Assembly: GCA_045546895.1 (NCBI GenBank)
Contig: JAZQDS010000028.1
Coordinates: forward strand, 1-49,385
Reading direction: 5' to 3'
Source: Eubacteriales bacterium
GTDB taxonomy: Bacteria; Bacillota; Clostridia; Oscillospirales; QAKW01
DNA length: 49,385 bases
Shown here: in pieces, positions 1-8,664 of the stretch
Position numbering within the stretch: position 1 is the stretch's first letter
Layout of the letters: the number at the start of each line of letters is the position of its first letter
Translations under genes and position numbers: made by a program
The notes under the pieces: generated by a model
What the model was told of the DNA's origin: nothing
The model's database searches: none
Seen by the model: only the letters and a program-made list of their open reading frames with translations

Positions 1-887
1 CCTTCTTTTAAACGTGAAGCGTTTCTCATAATTCTTGCAGCCGCCGCAGGGCTGATACCGCAAACAGAGGCCAATTCTGCAGAAGAGCAGCCCTCTCGCA
101 AGGCAATTTCTCCGCGCCAAAGATCCGAATAGGCGCGATAAAACATCCCTGCGATCACATGGCTATCCACATTCTGCCGATATAACGCTTGCAGCACCTG
201 CATCAACTGATCAAAATCCTGATCACTTACCGCATTGGAAATTCCAAACCATGAAGATTCCGCTTCAGGCGAAACCATCTTATCAATCAGCTCACGCGTT
301 ATTTCGCCCCCCTGAACATAAGAAGTAAGCTTATGAACTTCTTGCTTTAAACGAAGCATTGAACCGCCGGTTACATCAACAAGATAAGAGCATTCGGGCG
401 TTGAAATGGCTGCCCCTTCGGCCGTTGCCAAGCCATGCACCCATCGAACCAAGGCATCATTGCGGGGACGCATCAATTTAACGCTCTCGCCGCCAAGTTT
501 CTTGATATTGGAATCCAGACTATTGGTTTTTCCGCCCTCCTTGGCATGATCGATAAATAATACCGTTACTCCGGGCGCTATGTCCGATAATGCAGCCTGC
601 AGCTTTTTTTCGTTATTCCCCCTCAGGGTGGAGGTTTCAAGGTCTGTAATCAGAACAAGCTTTCGTTCTGCCATTGCGGGATAAGCTCCTGCGGCATCGG
701 CCAAAAGATCATATTCTAATTTACGCCCGTCCAATTCAATCAAATTGAATTCGGGTAAAACAGGTGCACAAATCTTGCGAAATTGATCTAAGTAATAATC
801 AAGAAGATATTGTTCATCTCCCGCAAGATAATATAGAGAACCCATCTCCCCCGCTTTTATTTGGTTTTTAAGCGCTTCAACGGTCAT
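1..887 (-). CDS. holA: DNA polymerase III subunit delta (runs off the left edge; absent from ORF track)
   Basis: Manual translation from ATG at 887 (RBS GAAAGGAAG): MTVEALKNQIKAGEMGSLYYLAGDEQYLLDYY...FNLIELDG...AYPAMAERKLVLITD. Overlaps the comEC stop by 11 bp; comEC-holA is the conserved Firmicute order. Confidence 0.9.
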   Translation of the reverse strand, partial: MTVEALKNQIKAGEMGSLYYLAGDEQYLLDYYLDQFRKICAPVLPEFNLIELDGRKLEYDLLADAAGAYPAMAERKLVLITDLETSTLRGNNEKKLQAALSDIAPGVTVLFIDHAKEGGKTNSLDSNIKKLGGESVKLMRPRNDALVRWVHGLATAEGAAISTPECSYLVDVTGGSMLRLKQEVHKLTSYVQGGEITRELIDKMVSPEAESSWFGISNAVSDQDFDQLMQVLQALYRQNVDSHVIAGMFYRAYSDLWRGEIALREGCSSAELASVCGISPAAAARIMRNASRLKE

Positions 888-3174
888 ATTTCTTCCTTTC
901 CAAAATTAATCCGTCTGTAACAAATTCAATCGTGCCATTTTGCTGAGTAATGTATACAGATTCACATATCGTATGGAGGCGGTCAACAACTTCCTGCTTG
1001 GGTAATCCGTAATTATTTTCGCCGACCGAAATCACAGCAATTTCAGGCGCACACTTTTTAATAAACGGATACATTGATGAGCGATCGCTGCCATGATGAG
1101 AAACCGCAAGAATTGTGCAATCCTCGATCTCTGCAAGATTTTTAAGCTCCGCCTCCCCTGTCATATCACCGGTTATCAAAAGAGAAACAGGACCAAGCTC
1201 AATCCGATATGAAACACATCGCTCATTCTGATCAACAAAATCAACACGATCCATTGCAAAGGTTTCTGCCTTGATTTTTACACTGTCCAATACCGAGAAT
1301 TGCTCATCGCTTTTTAGTTTGCGCGCAAAATCATTGTTTAATATCGGCACCAATTCAGGGGCCGCTTCAAAATCAGGATAAACCAATTGATCCACATAGC
1401 AATTCTTCAACAATGTATTAATTCCGTTAGTGTGATCCGAATGAAGATGAGTAAGCGCAACCAACTCTATAGTTTGAATTTCATTATCGGTTAAATAATG
1501 AATTAAATTATATCGTTTATCCGAACTTCCGCCATAATCCAGTATCACAGCGGAGCGACCCTTGCTGATTACCGTGCAAGACCCCTGCCCGACATCGATA
1601 AAAGCAATCTTATAGGACGTATCGCGGTGAAGCGGTGTATAAATCATACTAAAGGATAATGAAAAACAGCAAAATGCTGCTAATAACGGAGCAAAAGATC
1701 TTCGCTTATACCGCAAGAAATGATAGATGGATATACCAATTATAGCAAACAACACTGCTAAAATCAATATTTCAGCCCACCCAAGTTTATGGATTGTTGC
1801 AAATTCCCAGCGCCCCATAAAAACAGCCGTCTTGCTCAGAACATAATACAATCCATTGCAAACCCAGCCGATCGCAGCCCCAACCCCGGGGATCCAGCCG
1901 AGAAGGATCATTGCAAGGCCGAGCATGAAGAATAACTCAAAGGGATAAATCAAAAGAAGATTTGATATTGGCGCTATGGGGCTGAAACTGCCAAAAACCC
2001 AAAGCATAATCGGAAGTGTTGCTATATTTGCCGCAATAGAGCAAGAGAATGCTGCTGTCAGCTTACGATAATATTTGGTCAAATAGGGACGATTTTTAAT
2101 CTTAGGATAAAAGATAAAGCTTTCAATCGGATGGCTCCAAGCTATAACGCCAAAGGTAGCGCAAACACTGAGCATAAAGCCCACATCACGAATAGAAAAC
2201 GGATTCGCCAAAACAATTAGAAAGGCTGCAATCGATAAAGAGGTCAGTCCATCCGAAATTAAATTTGCAGCATATCCAATAGATAAGACAATAACCATAA
2301 TACAAGCGCGAACGCAAGACAGCGGGAAGCCGACAATAGCCGTAAAGAAAACAGCTGCAAAAATTCCAAGCAGATACCGAACGCGATAATTCACGCCGCA
2401 AACCAAAAATATAAAGCCAAAGATCAAAACAGCAAACATTAAATGAAGTCCGCTGACTGCCATAATATGCGATAGTCCGATTCGCCGCATTGAAACATAG
2501 GTCATATCATCCAGCTCACTTTTATCACCAAAGCAAACAGATTTTAAAAGGCCAACGGTTTTGGGTGCAGCATATTTAAAATTTTCCTGCATTCTTTGGC
2601 GATAAAGACAGATGTTTCTACGCAGGTTAAAGCCATCGGGCGTATTGATTTCCGCCCAATTCTCGTCCTGATAACCATTCAATAAAATGCGATTCTCGCG
2701 CCCTGCGCCAAAATTGTTGAGATCAGCGAAAAACTTGACCTTTCCGCTGATTCGATCTCCATCTATATAAGACCGCTCGGTTCTTGAATAAATCCTCGCC
2801 TTATTTCGTTGAAGAAGCGGAACCTTTTTTCCATCGATCTCGCGAATTACTGTTTCATAATAGATCATAGATCCATCCGATGAGCTCTCTATATTGGTAA
2901 CAACACCGGAAACTTTGACTTCCCGATCAAGTAATTGCGAGGTAAATTGACGAGAAAAAAGTGTCTGAAGCCCAAATAATGAAATACCGAAAAGAGAAAA
3001 AATCAGGCAAACTATGATCGTTGCTTTATATTCAAAACGAATAAAGAAAGCTCCGATAAGTAAAAGAAATAAAAGAATCCCCAAAATCAGAAGAACTTTA
3101 AACGGAAGCAGGGTACAACAAAACAGCGTTATTAAAAACGCCAAGATACACCACATTAAAAACCGTTTAACCAT
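877..3174 (-). CDS. comEC: DNA uptake channel ComEC/Rec2 (OB-fold, Competence and MBL domains)
   Basis: Motifs GLSHIMAVSGLH, DVGFMLS, DVGQG, THLHSDH, TGD, SHHGS; many TM segments. Start moved to ATG 3174 (GGAGG RBS). Confidence 0.93.
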   Translation of the reverse strand: MVKRFLMWCILAFLITLFCCTLLPFKVLLILGILLFLLLIGAFFIRFEYKATIIVCLIFSLFGISLFGLQTLFSRQFTSQLLDREVKVSGVVTNIESSSDGSMIYYETVIREIDGKKVPLLQRNKARIYSRTERSYIDGDRISGKVKFFADLNNFGAGRENRILLNGYQDENWAEINTPDGFNLRRNICLYRQRMQENFKYAAPKTVGLLKSVCFGDKSELDDMTYVSMRRIGLSHIMAVSGLHLMFAVLIFGFIFLVCGVNYRVRYLLGIFAAVFFTAIVGFPLSCVRACIMVIVLSIGYAANLISDGLTSLSIAAFLIVLANPFSIRDVGFMLSVCATFGVIAWSHPIESFIFYPKIKNRPYLTKYYRKLTAAFSCSIAANIATLPIMLWVFGSFSPIAPISNLLLIYPFELFFMLGLAMILLGWIPGVGAAIGWVCNGLYYVLSKTAVFMGRWEFATIHKLGWAEILILAVLFAIIGISIYHFLRYKRRSFAPLLAAFCCFSLSFSMIYTPLHRDTSYKIAFIDVGQGSCTVISKGRSAVILDYGGSSDKRYNLIHYLTDNEIQTIELVALTHLHSDHTNGINTLLKNCYVDQLVYPDFEAAPELVPILNNDFARKLKSDEQFSVLDSVKIKAETFAMDRVDFVDQNERCVSYRIELGPVSLLITGDMTGEAELKNLAEIEDCTILAVSHHGSDRSSMYPFIKKCAPEIAVISVGENNYGLPKQEVVDRLHTICESVYITQQNGTIEFVTDGLILERKKYDR

Positions 3175-3194
3175 ATTTTCGTCCTCCATCAAAT

Positions 3195-3223
3195 ATTATA
3201 ATAGATGGGGCGAAAAATGTCAA
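3195..3223 (-). promoter_or_regulatory. Perfect-consensus sigma-A promoter for comEC-holA
   Basis: TTGACA-17 bp-TATAAT on the minus strand, ending 20 bp before the comEC ATG. Confidence 0.85.
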
Positions 3224-3232
3224 AAGCTGTAT

Positions 3233-3266
3233 ATAAAAAGAGCATCCTTAGGGATGCTCTTTTTAT
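3233..3266. terminator. Intrinsic (bidirectional-type) terminator after the small ORF and spoIVA
   Basis: ATAAAAAGAGCATCC-TTAG-GGATGCTCTTTTTAT inverted repeat with A/T tails. Confidence 0.85.
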
Positions 3267-3271
3267 GCGTT

Positions 3272-3424
3272 TCATTTTTCATCAGCAATGTCGGATTGAT
3301 CTGAAAAGCTGCGCACTAATTCTTCCAGCTCATTTTTAGTATGAACAGTTGCTCCCGATTGCAGAATGTTTTCCCGCAACCATTTCGGAAGTGTTTCAAA
3401 ATAAGCCTTCGCTTCGTTATTCAT
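3272..3424 (-). CDS. Small 50-aa hypothetical protein (below ORF-track cutoff)
   Basis: GAGGTG RBS then ATG; MNNEAKAYFETLPKWLRENILQSGATVHTKNELEELVRSFSDQSDIADEK*; stop directly followed by a terminator. Confidence 0.75.
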   Translation of the reverse strand: MNNEAKAYFETLPKWLRENILQSGATVHTKNELEELVRSFSDQSDIADEK

Positions 3425-3440
3425 AATATCACCTCGGCTA

Positions 3441-3469
3441 TGTTATAACCGAAAGTTAAAGAATTATGC
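3441..3469 (-). promoter_or_regulatory. Candidate forespore (sigF/sigG-type) promoter for the small ORF, overlapping the spoIVA 3' end
   Basis: GCATA-14 bp-GGTTATAACA, resembling the GYATA-N15-GGnnAnAHTR consensus with a 1-bp shorter spacer. Confidence 0.4.
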
Positions 3470-4934
3470 AAATTAAGCCCGCGCTTCCTTCATTTATAAT
3501 TCTACTTAAAGTTTCCTGCAATTTAAATCGAGCATCATCCGGCATCTTGGAAATCTTATTATAAAGCCCTTCATTCACGAGATCATGAACAGATTTGCCG
3601 AAAATATTGGATTCCCAAATCTTAGAAGGATCCTCCTCAAAATCTTTCAGCAAATATTCTATCAACTCCTCTGATTGACGCTCGCTGCCAACAATCGGCG
3701 AAACCTCTGTTTGAATATCCGCTTGAATAATATGATACGAAGGCGCTTGCGCCGAAAGCTTTACACCGAAACGCCCGCCCTGCTTAAAGATTTGAGGCTC
3801 GCTCAATGTCATTTCCTGCATTTCGGGAAAAACAATGCCATAGCCTTTATTTTGCGCTTCTTCAAAGGCATCTTTGATTTTATCATATTCACGTTTGGCT
3901 GCGGAGAGCTCTTTGATCATCGAAACCAGCTCACCATCATTTTTAATGGATGTACCGGAAGCCTCGCTTAAAACGGAATAATAGATCTCCGGCTTCAAAT
4001 CCAGCTTTAATCCGGCAGCGCCGCTGCCCAAATCAATTTTATCAATCTCACACCGCGCAAGCTTATCATTTTGAGCCAATCCATCCATCATTTTTTTGAT
4101 GGAGCGAACACGATCCAACCTCTTGGCCTCTTCGGAAACAGAATGATAAAGATCTACCTTTAACCAATGCTCCCGATCAAGCCCATCCACCCATGAAGGT
4201 AGCTCAATCCGAAGTTCCCGCAAAGGAAACTCGAATAGAACGGTTTGAATAATCGAATAAATCTCTTCCGCTTCCAGTTCAAGGCAATTCACAGCCATAA
4301 CAGGAACATCATAGCGCTCCATCAAGCGCTGACGCAATTCTCCCGCGCTTTCGCTATCAGGAAACATGGAATTCACCAAAACAGCAAAGGGCTTATTTAG
4401 CGCCTTTAATTCGTTAATTACCCGCTCTTCCGCTTCAATATAATCATCTCGCGGAATTTCACCGATGCTTCCATCGGTCGTTATTACCAAGCCAATGGTC
4501 GAATGATCACAAATCACCTTATGAGTCCCAAGCTCTGCAGCACGTTGAAATTCCATCTTTTCCGCGCTCCAGGGCGTCTCAACCATCCTTGGTTCCCCAT
4601 TTTCGGTCTGTCCCATCGCAGATTCAACAACATATCCAACGCAATCAATCAGCCTCACCCGAAAGCAAACATTATCGTCCATCTTAATTTCAGCTGCCTC
4701 ATCGGGAATAAACTTCGGTTCTGTTGTCATAATTGTCTTGCCCGGTGCAGATTGAGGAAGCTCATCAATTGCGCGATCCTTGCGATGCTCATTAGAGATA
4801 TTTGGAATTACAAGGTTTTCCATAAATTTTTTAATAAAGGTAGATTTCCCTGTACGAACAGGGCCAACAACCCCTATATAAATATCCCCGCCGGTTCTGG
4901 CGGCAATATCCTGATAAATGCTTGCCTTGGTCAT
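3456..4934 (-). CDS. spoIVA: Stage IV sporulation protein A (coat morphogenetic ATPase)
   Basis: IYQDIAARTGGDIYIGVVGPVRTGKSTFIKKF, MTTEPKF, C-terminal GLICIIL. Start ATG 4934 with GGAGG RBS. Confidence 0.98.
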   Translation of the reverse strand: MTKASIYQDIAARTGGDIYIGVVGPVRTGKSTFIKKFMENLVIPNISNEHRKDRAIDELPQSAPGKTIMTTEPKFIPDEAAEIKMDDNVCFRVRLIDCVGYVVESAMGQTENGEPRMVETPWSAEKMEFQRAAELGTHKVICDHSTIGLVITTDGSIGEIPRDDYIEAEERVINELKALNKPFAVLVNSMFPDSESAGELRQRLMERYDVPVMAVNCLELEAEEIYSIIQTVLFEFPLRELRIELPSWVDGLDREHWLKVDLYHSVSEEAKRLDRVRSIKKMMDGLAQNDKLARCEIDKIDLGSGAAGLKLDLKPEIYYSVLSEASGTSIKNDGELVSMIKELSAAKREYDKIKDAFEEAQNKGYGIVFPEMQEMTLSEPQIFKQGGRFGVKLSAQAPSYHIIQADIQTEVSPIVGSERQSEELIEYLLKDFEEDPSKIWESNIFGKSVHDLVNEGLYNKISKMPDDARFKLQETLSRIINEGSAGLICIIL

Positions 4935-4970
4935 TAATGCGCCCTCCATACATCCGTAATCATTTTGTAT

Positions 4971-5000
4971 ATTAGTATGAAAACAGGCGCTCAGATATTC
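4971..5000 (-). promoter_or_regulatory. Candidate sigE promoter for spoIVA
   Basis: GAATA-16 bp-CATACTAAT; spoIVA is sigE-dependent in Bacillus and Clostridium. Confidence 0.65.
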
Positions 5001-5008
5001 ATCTTTTC

Positions 5009-5473
5009 TTAAAAGAGCGATATCAAAAGAATGATTGCTCCGCCGAAGATCATAAAATCTGCAAGATCAAAAACAAGCCTAGAAAGCCTTTTAATTTCCA
5101 AACGTGGAAAACGAATATAATCCACAACACAGCCGCGAATCCATCGATCCGAAACATTGCTCAAGGCACCCGCCAAAAGAAGTGTTGCGCCTATTTTCGC
5201 GCCAATGTCAGCACTTGCAGAGAGAAAGATCATTCCAAGCGGTATTGCAACAATGCAAAAAACAATGGTTTGAATTATAACTGCGGCATATTTTTTCTTG
5301 CTGAATATCCCAAAAATAATTCCGCGATTGCGGCATGGTCTTATTAAGATACTCCCTTTCATGAAAGTTCGCGAAATCTTAAACCGCTCTATATAATATT
5401 TTAATGCTGATTCAGCCGCAGCAAATGATAGAATAAAAATAATACAGCCAATCATTTTATTCGAAAAGTTCAT
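5009..5473 (-). CDS. lspA: Signal peptidase II (lipoprotein signal peptidase), divergent
   Basis: NRGIIFG, GALSNVSDR, GCVVDYI, VFDLADF (both catalytic Asp present); about four hydrophobic segments. Confidence 0.8.
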   Translation of the reverse strand: MNFSNKMIGCIIFILSFAAAESALKYYIERFKISRTFMKGSILIRPCRNRGIIFGIFSKKKYAAVIIQTIVFCIVAIPLGMIFLSASADIGAKIGATLLLAGALSNVSDRWIRGCVVDYIRFPRLEIKRLSRLVFDLADFMIFGGAIILLISLF

Positions 5474-5672
5474 CCAGCAAAGCGCGTACTTCGCTACGCG
5501 CCGCTTCGGTTGATTTTATATCCAAACTATACTTTTTTCCGTCAAAACAAATAATCTCGCCCTCCTCGCAGCCATCGGGCAGCATCTCGCGCGAAATCTC
5601 TATCGATGCACCTTGCTCATCGATCAAAACAGCAATATCGCCTTCAAAACGGTCAACGCTGAATTTTCTCAT
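5457..5672 (-). CDS. DUF3006-like small protein
   Basis: SVDRFEGDIAVL...LPDGCEEGEII pattern; ATGA overlap with the upstream MBL gene, a commonly seen pairing. Confidence 0.8.
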   Translation of the reverse strand: MRKFSVDRFEGDIAVLIDEQGASIEISREMLPDGCEEGEIICFDGKKYSLDIKSTEAARSEVRALLDELFE

Positions 5673-6559
5673 TGGTTTTCCACCTCAACTTCAATATTCT
5701 TACCATCTGTTTTAAATATAATATCCCCATCCATATCGGTTCGGTAAGTCTTTGTATCCGCCGCTTTTAATCGCTCCAGCAGTTCTTTATGGGGATGGCC
5801 ATACCGATTCCCCTCGCCGCAAGAAATGATGGCATAACGTGGATTTACAGCTTCCAAGAATTCCGCACCGGAAGCGGTTTCACTCCCATGATGGCCGGTT
5901 CTTAATACGGTTGAGCGAAGGTTTCGTCCATAATAATTAACCAAATCCTTCTCGGCGGGAATTTCCTGATCTCCTGTAATCAAAAATGAGGTTTTTTCAT
6001 ATTTTGCACGTAATATAATGGACTGATGATTCAGATCGCTATACGATGCAACCGGCCCCAATATCTCCATCTTGAAATCACCGCATTCAATTTTATCACC
6101 AACAGAAACGGTTGAAATCTTCTTTCCGAGCGATTTGATTTTTTTAAGTAGATTTATATAAACCGATGTTGTAGGCTCCGTCCCTTCGGTAGGGCGCATC
6201 ATATAGATATTCTTAACCTCAAATTTTTCTAAAATATCAATCGCACCGCCAATATGATCCTCATGAGGATGGCTGAGGATAAAATGATCGATTGCCTTAA
6301 TTTTTTTATCAGTCAGATGATCAATGATTTCATCGGCTTCGCTCGCGGTAGAGGCATCCATCAGCGCAACCGCGCCGCTTGAAATAAAAAGCGTACTGTC
6401 ACCCTGCCCGCAATCAATGAAATCAACATAGTTCCATTCTCCCGTCCCTTGAACGTCATTCGGAAAAAGATCATTTCTGAAATATGCTATTGCCGCCGCT
6501 ATAAGCACAGCAACAATACCGACCCATTTAATTATTCTCTTAATTTTACGCTTTGACAT
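5669..6559 (-). CDS. Membrane-anchored ComEC-like metallo-beta-lactamase-fold hydrolase
   Basis: N-terminal basic stretch plus TM anchor; DCGQGD, SHPHEDHIGG, TGD, GHHGS, YGHP all intact. Start ATG 6559 with GGAGG RBS. Confidence 0.88.
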   Translation of the reverse strand: MSKRKIKRIIKWVGIVAVLIAAAIAYFRNDLFPNDVQGTGEWNYVDFIDCGQGDSTLFISSGAVALMDASTASEADEIIDHLTDKKIKAIDHFILSHPHEDHIGGAIDILEKFEVKNIYMMRPTEGTEPTTSVYINLLKKIKSLGKKISTVSVGDKIECGDFKMEILGPVASYSDLNHQSIILRAKYEKTSFLITGDQEIPAEKDLVNYYGRNLRSTVLRTGHHGSETASGAEFLEAVNPRYAIISCGEGNRYGHPHKELLERLKAADTKTYRTDMDGDIIFKTDGKNIEVEVENQ

Positions 6560-6576
6560 AGAATCCTCCAATTGAA

Positions 6577-6604
6577 ATGATCCGCAGCAAAAACTGCGGA
6601 TCAT
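6577..6604. other. Intercistronic hairpin (mRNA stability element or partial terminator)
   Basis: ATGATCCGCAG-6 nt-CTGCGGATCAT between the ClpP-like and MBL genes; weak U tract. Confidence 0.55.
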
Positions 6605-6609
6605 AATTA

Positions 6610-7155
6610 TTATTCAATAACGGTATCAATCAAGCCATATGCCTTTGCATCCTCGGCAAATAACCAATATTTGCGTTCAAGATCGGCGGCCAGTTCCTCT
6701 TTGTTTTTGCCGCAAGCTTCCGCAAGAAGGGCATTTACTCTCTTTTTGCTGGCAAGAAGATGCTCAGTCTCCAATTCGATATCCGATGCCTGACCAAAGG
6801 TGCGATCACGCCCTACCTGCATCAGCATAATTTCCGCATTTGCGTAAGCAGCGCGTTTCCCCTGCGAACCGCCGGCTAAAAGAAGAGCCGATAAGCCATG
6901 GGCTTTGCCGATACAAAGAGTTTCAACCTCGCAGGAAAGATGCCGCATCGCATCATAAACCGCCAGAATTTCTGTTTCAATGCCACCGGAACAATTTATA
7001 ATCAGCTTAATGGGATCCGAGTTCTCCTCTTGCAAAACCAGCATTGCGCCGATAATTTTCTCCGCTTTCTTTTCGGTCAGTTCGCCAAAAAGAAGGATGG
7101 TGCGCTGATCCAAAAGCTTTGCAAACATTTTATTTTTTTCACTATTTTCAAACAT
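6610..7155 (-). CDS. ClpP-family protein lacking the catalytic triad (ClpR-like pseudoprotease)
   Basis: ClpP fold signatures (LLDQRTILLFG, INCSGG, GQASDI, AYGLID) but Ser to Gly (KAHGL), His to Met (IMLMQ), Asp to Lys (ERKYW). Start ATG 7155 with AAGGAG RBS. Confidence 0.85.
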   Translation of the reverse strand: MFENSEKNKMFAKLLDQRTILLFGELTEKKAEKIIGAMLVLQEENSDPIKLIINCSGGIETEILAVYDAMRHLSCEVETLCIGKAHGLSALLLAGGSQGKRAAYANAEIMLMQVGRDRTFGQASDIELETEHLLASKKRVNALLAEACGKNKEELAADLERKYWLFAEDAKAYGLIDTVIE

Positions 7156-7172
7156 ATTGATTCTCCTTAATC

Positions 7173-7769
7173 TCATTTGATATCATCGATACGCATTTTT
7201 CTCGAAAGATAAAAATTGCCCGTAATCAAAGCCTTCAGCTGATCATCGCATTCAATCAATACCGTTCGATTCTCGCGAACAAGAGATAATGTAAATTCTT
7301 GCTCCATCATTGATATATTATCGCCCTTTTCGGCAAATCCAAACATCAATTCTTGGGTAAACACCGCGCCATTCTCTTCGCTCTCCTGAAGCTTCTCAAA
7401 AAGAGTAGAATCGGCAAGGGCGTAGTTCATTGCTGTCGTTGTTGCCAAATTATACAATTCCTGAATGTTCGGCATTTTACATTTTATAACTGCCTCATCG
7501 CCCGATATCTTTTTAATCTCATATTTCAGATCTTTATAAAGCAATTGATAAAGCTGAACATATCGGGAATCATTGAAAATATCATCAACATAAACATATT
7601 CCGAATTATCGGGAAACTCCGTAAGATAAGAACGCATTTCCTGACGGTCATATTTTTGAGTTGCTTTCATAAAAGCATCAATGCAAGCTGTTTCCGCCTC
7701 ATAGGAGGAGCAAGCGCCCATAACCAAAGCCGTTGCCAGCAATAATACGATTGCGATTATTCTTTTCAT
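7173..7769 (-). CDS. Lipoprotein of unknown function
   Basis: MKRIIAIVLLLATALVMGA-C lipobox from ATG 7769. Confidence 0.8.
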   Translation of the reverse strand: MKRIIAIVLLLATALVMGACSSYEAETACIDAFMKATQKYDRQEMRSYLTEFPDNSEYVYVDDIFNDSRYVQLYQLLYKDLKYEIKKISGDEAVIKCKMPNIQELYNLATTTAMNYALADSTLFEKLQESEENGAVFTQELMFGFAEKGDNISMMEQEFTLSLVRENRTVLIECDDQLKALITGNFYLSRKMRIDDIK

Positions 7770-7799
7770 CTGATCCGTCCTTATTTTATTTATGTTGTC

Positions 7800-7828
7800 A
7801 GTATAGCATAGCATAACATTTTTTTCAA
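7800..7828 (-). promoter_or_regulatory. Sigma-A promoter for the lipoprotein-to-lspA operon
   Basis: TTGAAA-17 bp-TATACT with extended TG. Confidence 0.7.
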
Positions 7829-7837
7829 TAAATTTTC

Positions 7838-7864
7838 ACGAAAATAAATTCGAAACATAAAATA
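7838..7864 (+). promoter_or_regulatory. Candidate sigK promoter
   Basis: AC-16 bp-CATAAAATA, matching the AC-N16-CATAnnnTA consensus, upstream of the Cys-rich gene. Confidence 0.6.
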
Positions 7865-7891
7865 TAATAGATTATCTCAAAGGAGGAAACT

Positions 7892-8662
7892 ATGGATACC
7901 AATTGCAACAACTGCGAATTCGAGAATTTCAAAGATGAAATTTGCGTAAATGTTCAAAAAATCTACGATACCTGTAAGGATAAAGATTGCCTGAGCGATA
8001 TGCGCGTTTACTTAAGTCCCGGTGATCAAACACTTATTGATAACGCAATTAATATTCGAGCTCGTCATTCAGAGCTGATTTGGACAACAGTTACTCTCGA
8101 GCCGGTTCCATTCAACAAGGGCTATTATGGAATTGATCTTACCTTCTATTTCCGAACAGGATTTGAGGTTTATACCGGAAACAGCCGCCCTTCGATTGTA
8201 GAAGGCCTATCATTTTATAATAAAAAGGTAATTCTTTACGGCAGCGAGGGCAACACAACCACATTCTCTTCCGCTATCAACGGAGCACCCCAATTGCCCA
8301 ATCGCAATATGCCGATCGCCGAGGTCGAAGTTGTTGATCCGATTGTTTTGAATACACGGATCATCAACCCCTCATGCAATTGCTGCTGCTCTGAAGCAGA
8401 TCATCTGAATCTGCCCTCGCAGGTTTCTTGCTTATTCTGCGATGATCTTACCGAGGTGGCAAACAGGAAACTTGTTGTTTCTCTCGGTTTGTTCAGCATC
8501 GTTCGAATTATTCGGGATGTTCAGGTAAAGATTCCATCTGCTCAATTCTGCTTACCTGAAAAAGAATGTAAAGGCCCGAAGGAAGAAGAACCCTGCAGCT
8601 TTTTCGAAAAGCTTTGCTTCCCTACCAATGAATTTTTTCCTCCCGAAAATAATTGCAACTAA
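7892..8662 (+). CDS. Cysteine-rich hypothetical protein, probable spore coat/exosporium component
   Basis: AAGGAGG RBS; CVNVQKIYDTCKDKDC, CNCCC and CSFFEKLCFPTNEFFP motifs; sigK-type promoter; monocistronic. Confidence 0.65.
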   Translation: MDTNCNNCEFENFKDEICVNVQKIYDTCKDKDCLSDMRVYLSPGDQTLIDNAINIRARHSELIWTTVTLEPVPFNKGYYGIDLTFYFRTGFEVYTGNSRPSIVEGLSFYNKKVILYGSEGNTTTFSSAINGAPQLPNRNMPIAEVEVVDPIVLNTRIINPSCNCCCSEADHLNLPSQVSCLFCDDLTEVANRKLVVSLGLFSIVRIIRDVQVKIPSAQFCLPEKECKGPKEEEPCSFFEKLCFPTNEFFPPENNCN

Positions 8663-8664
8663 AT

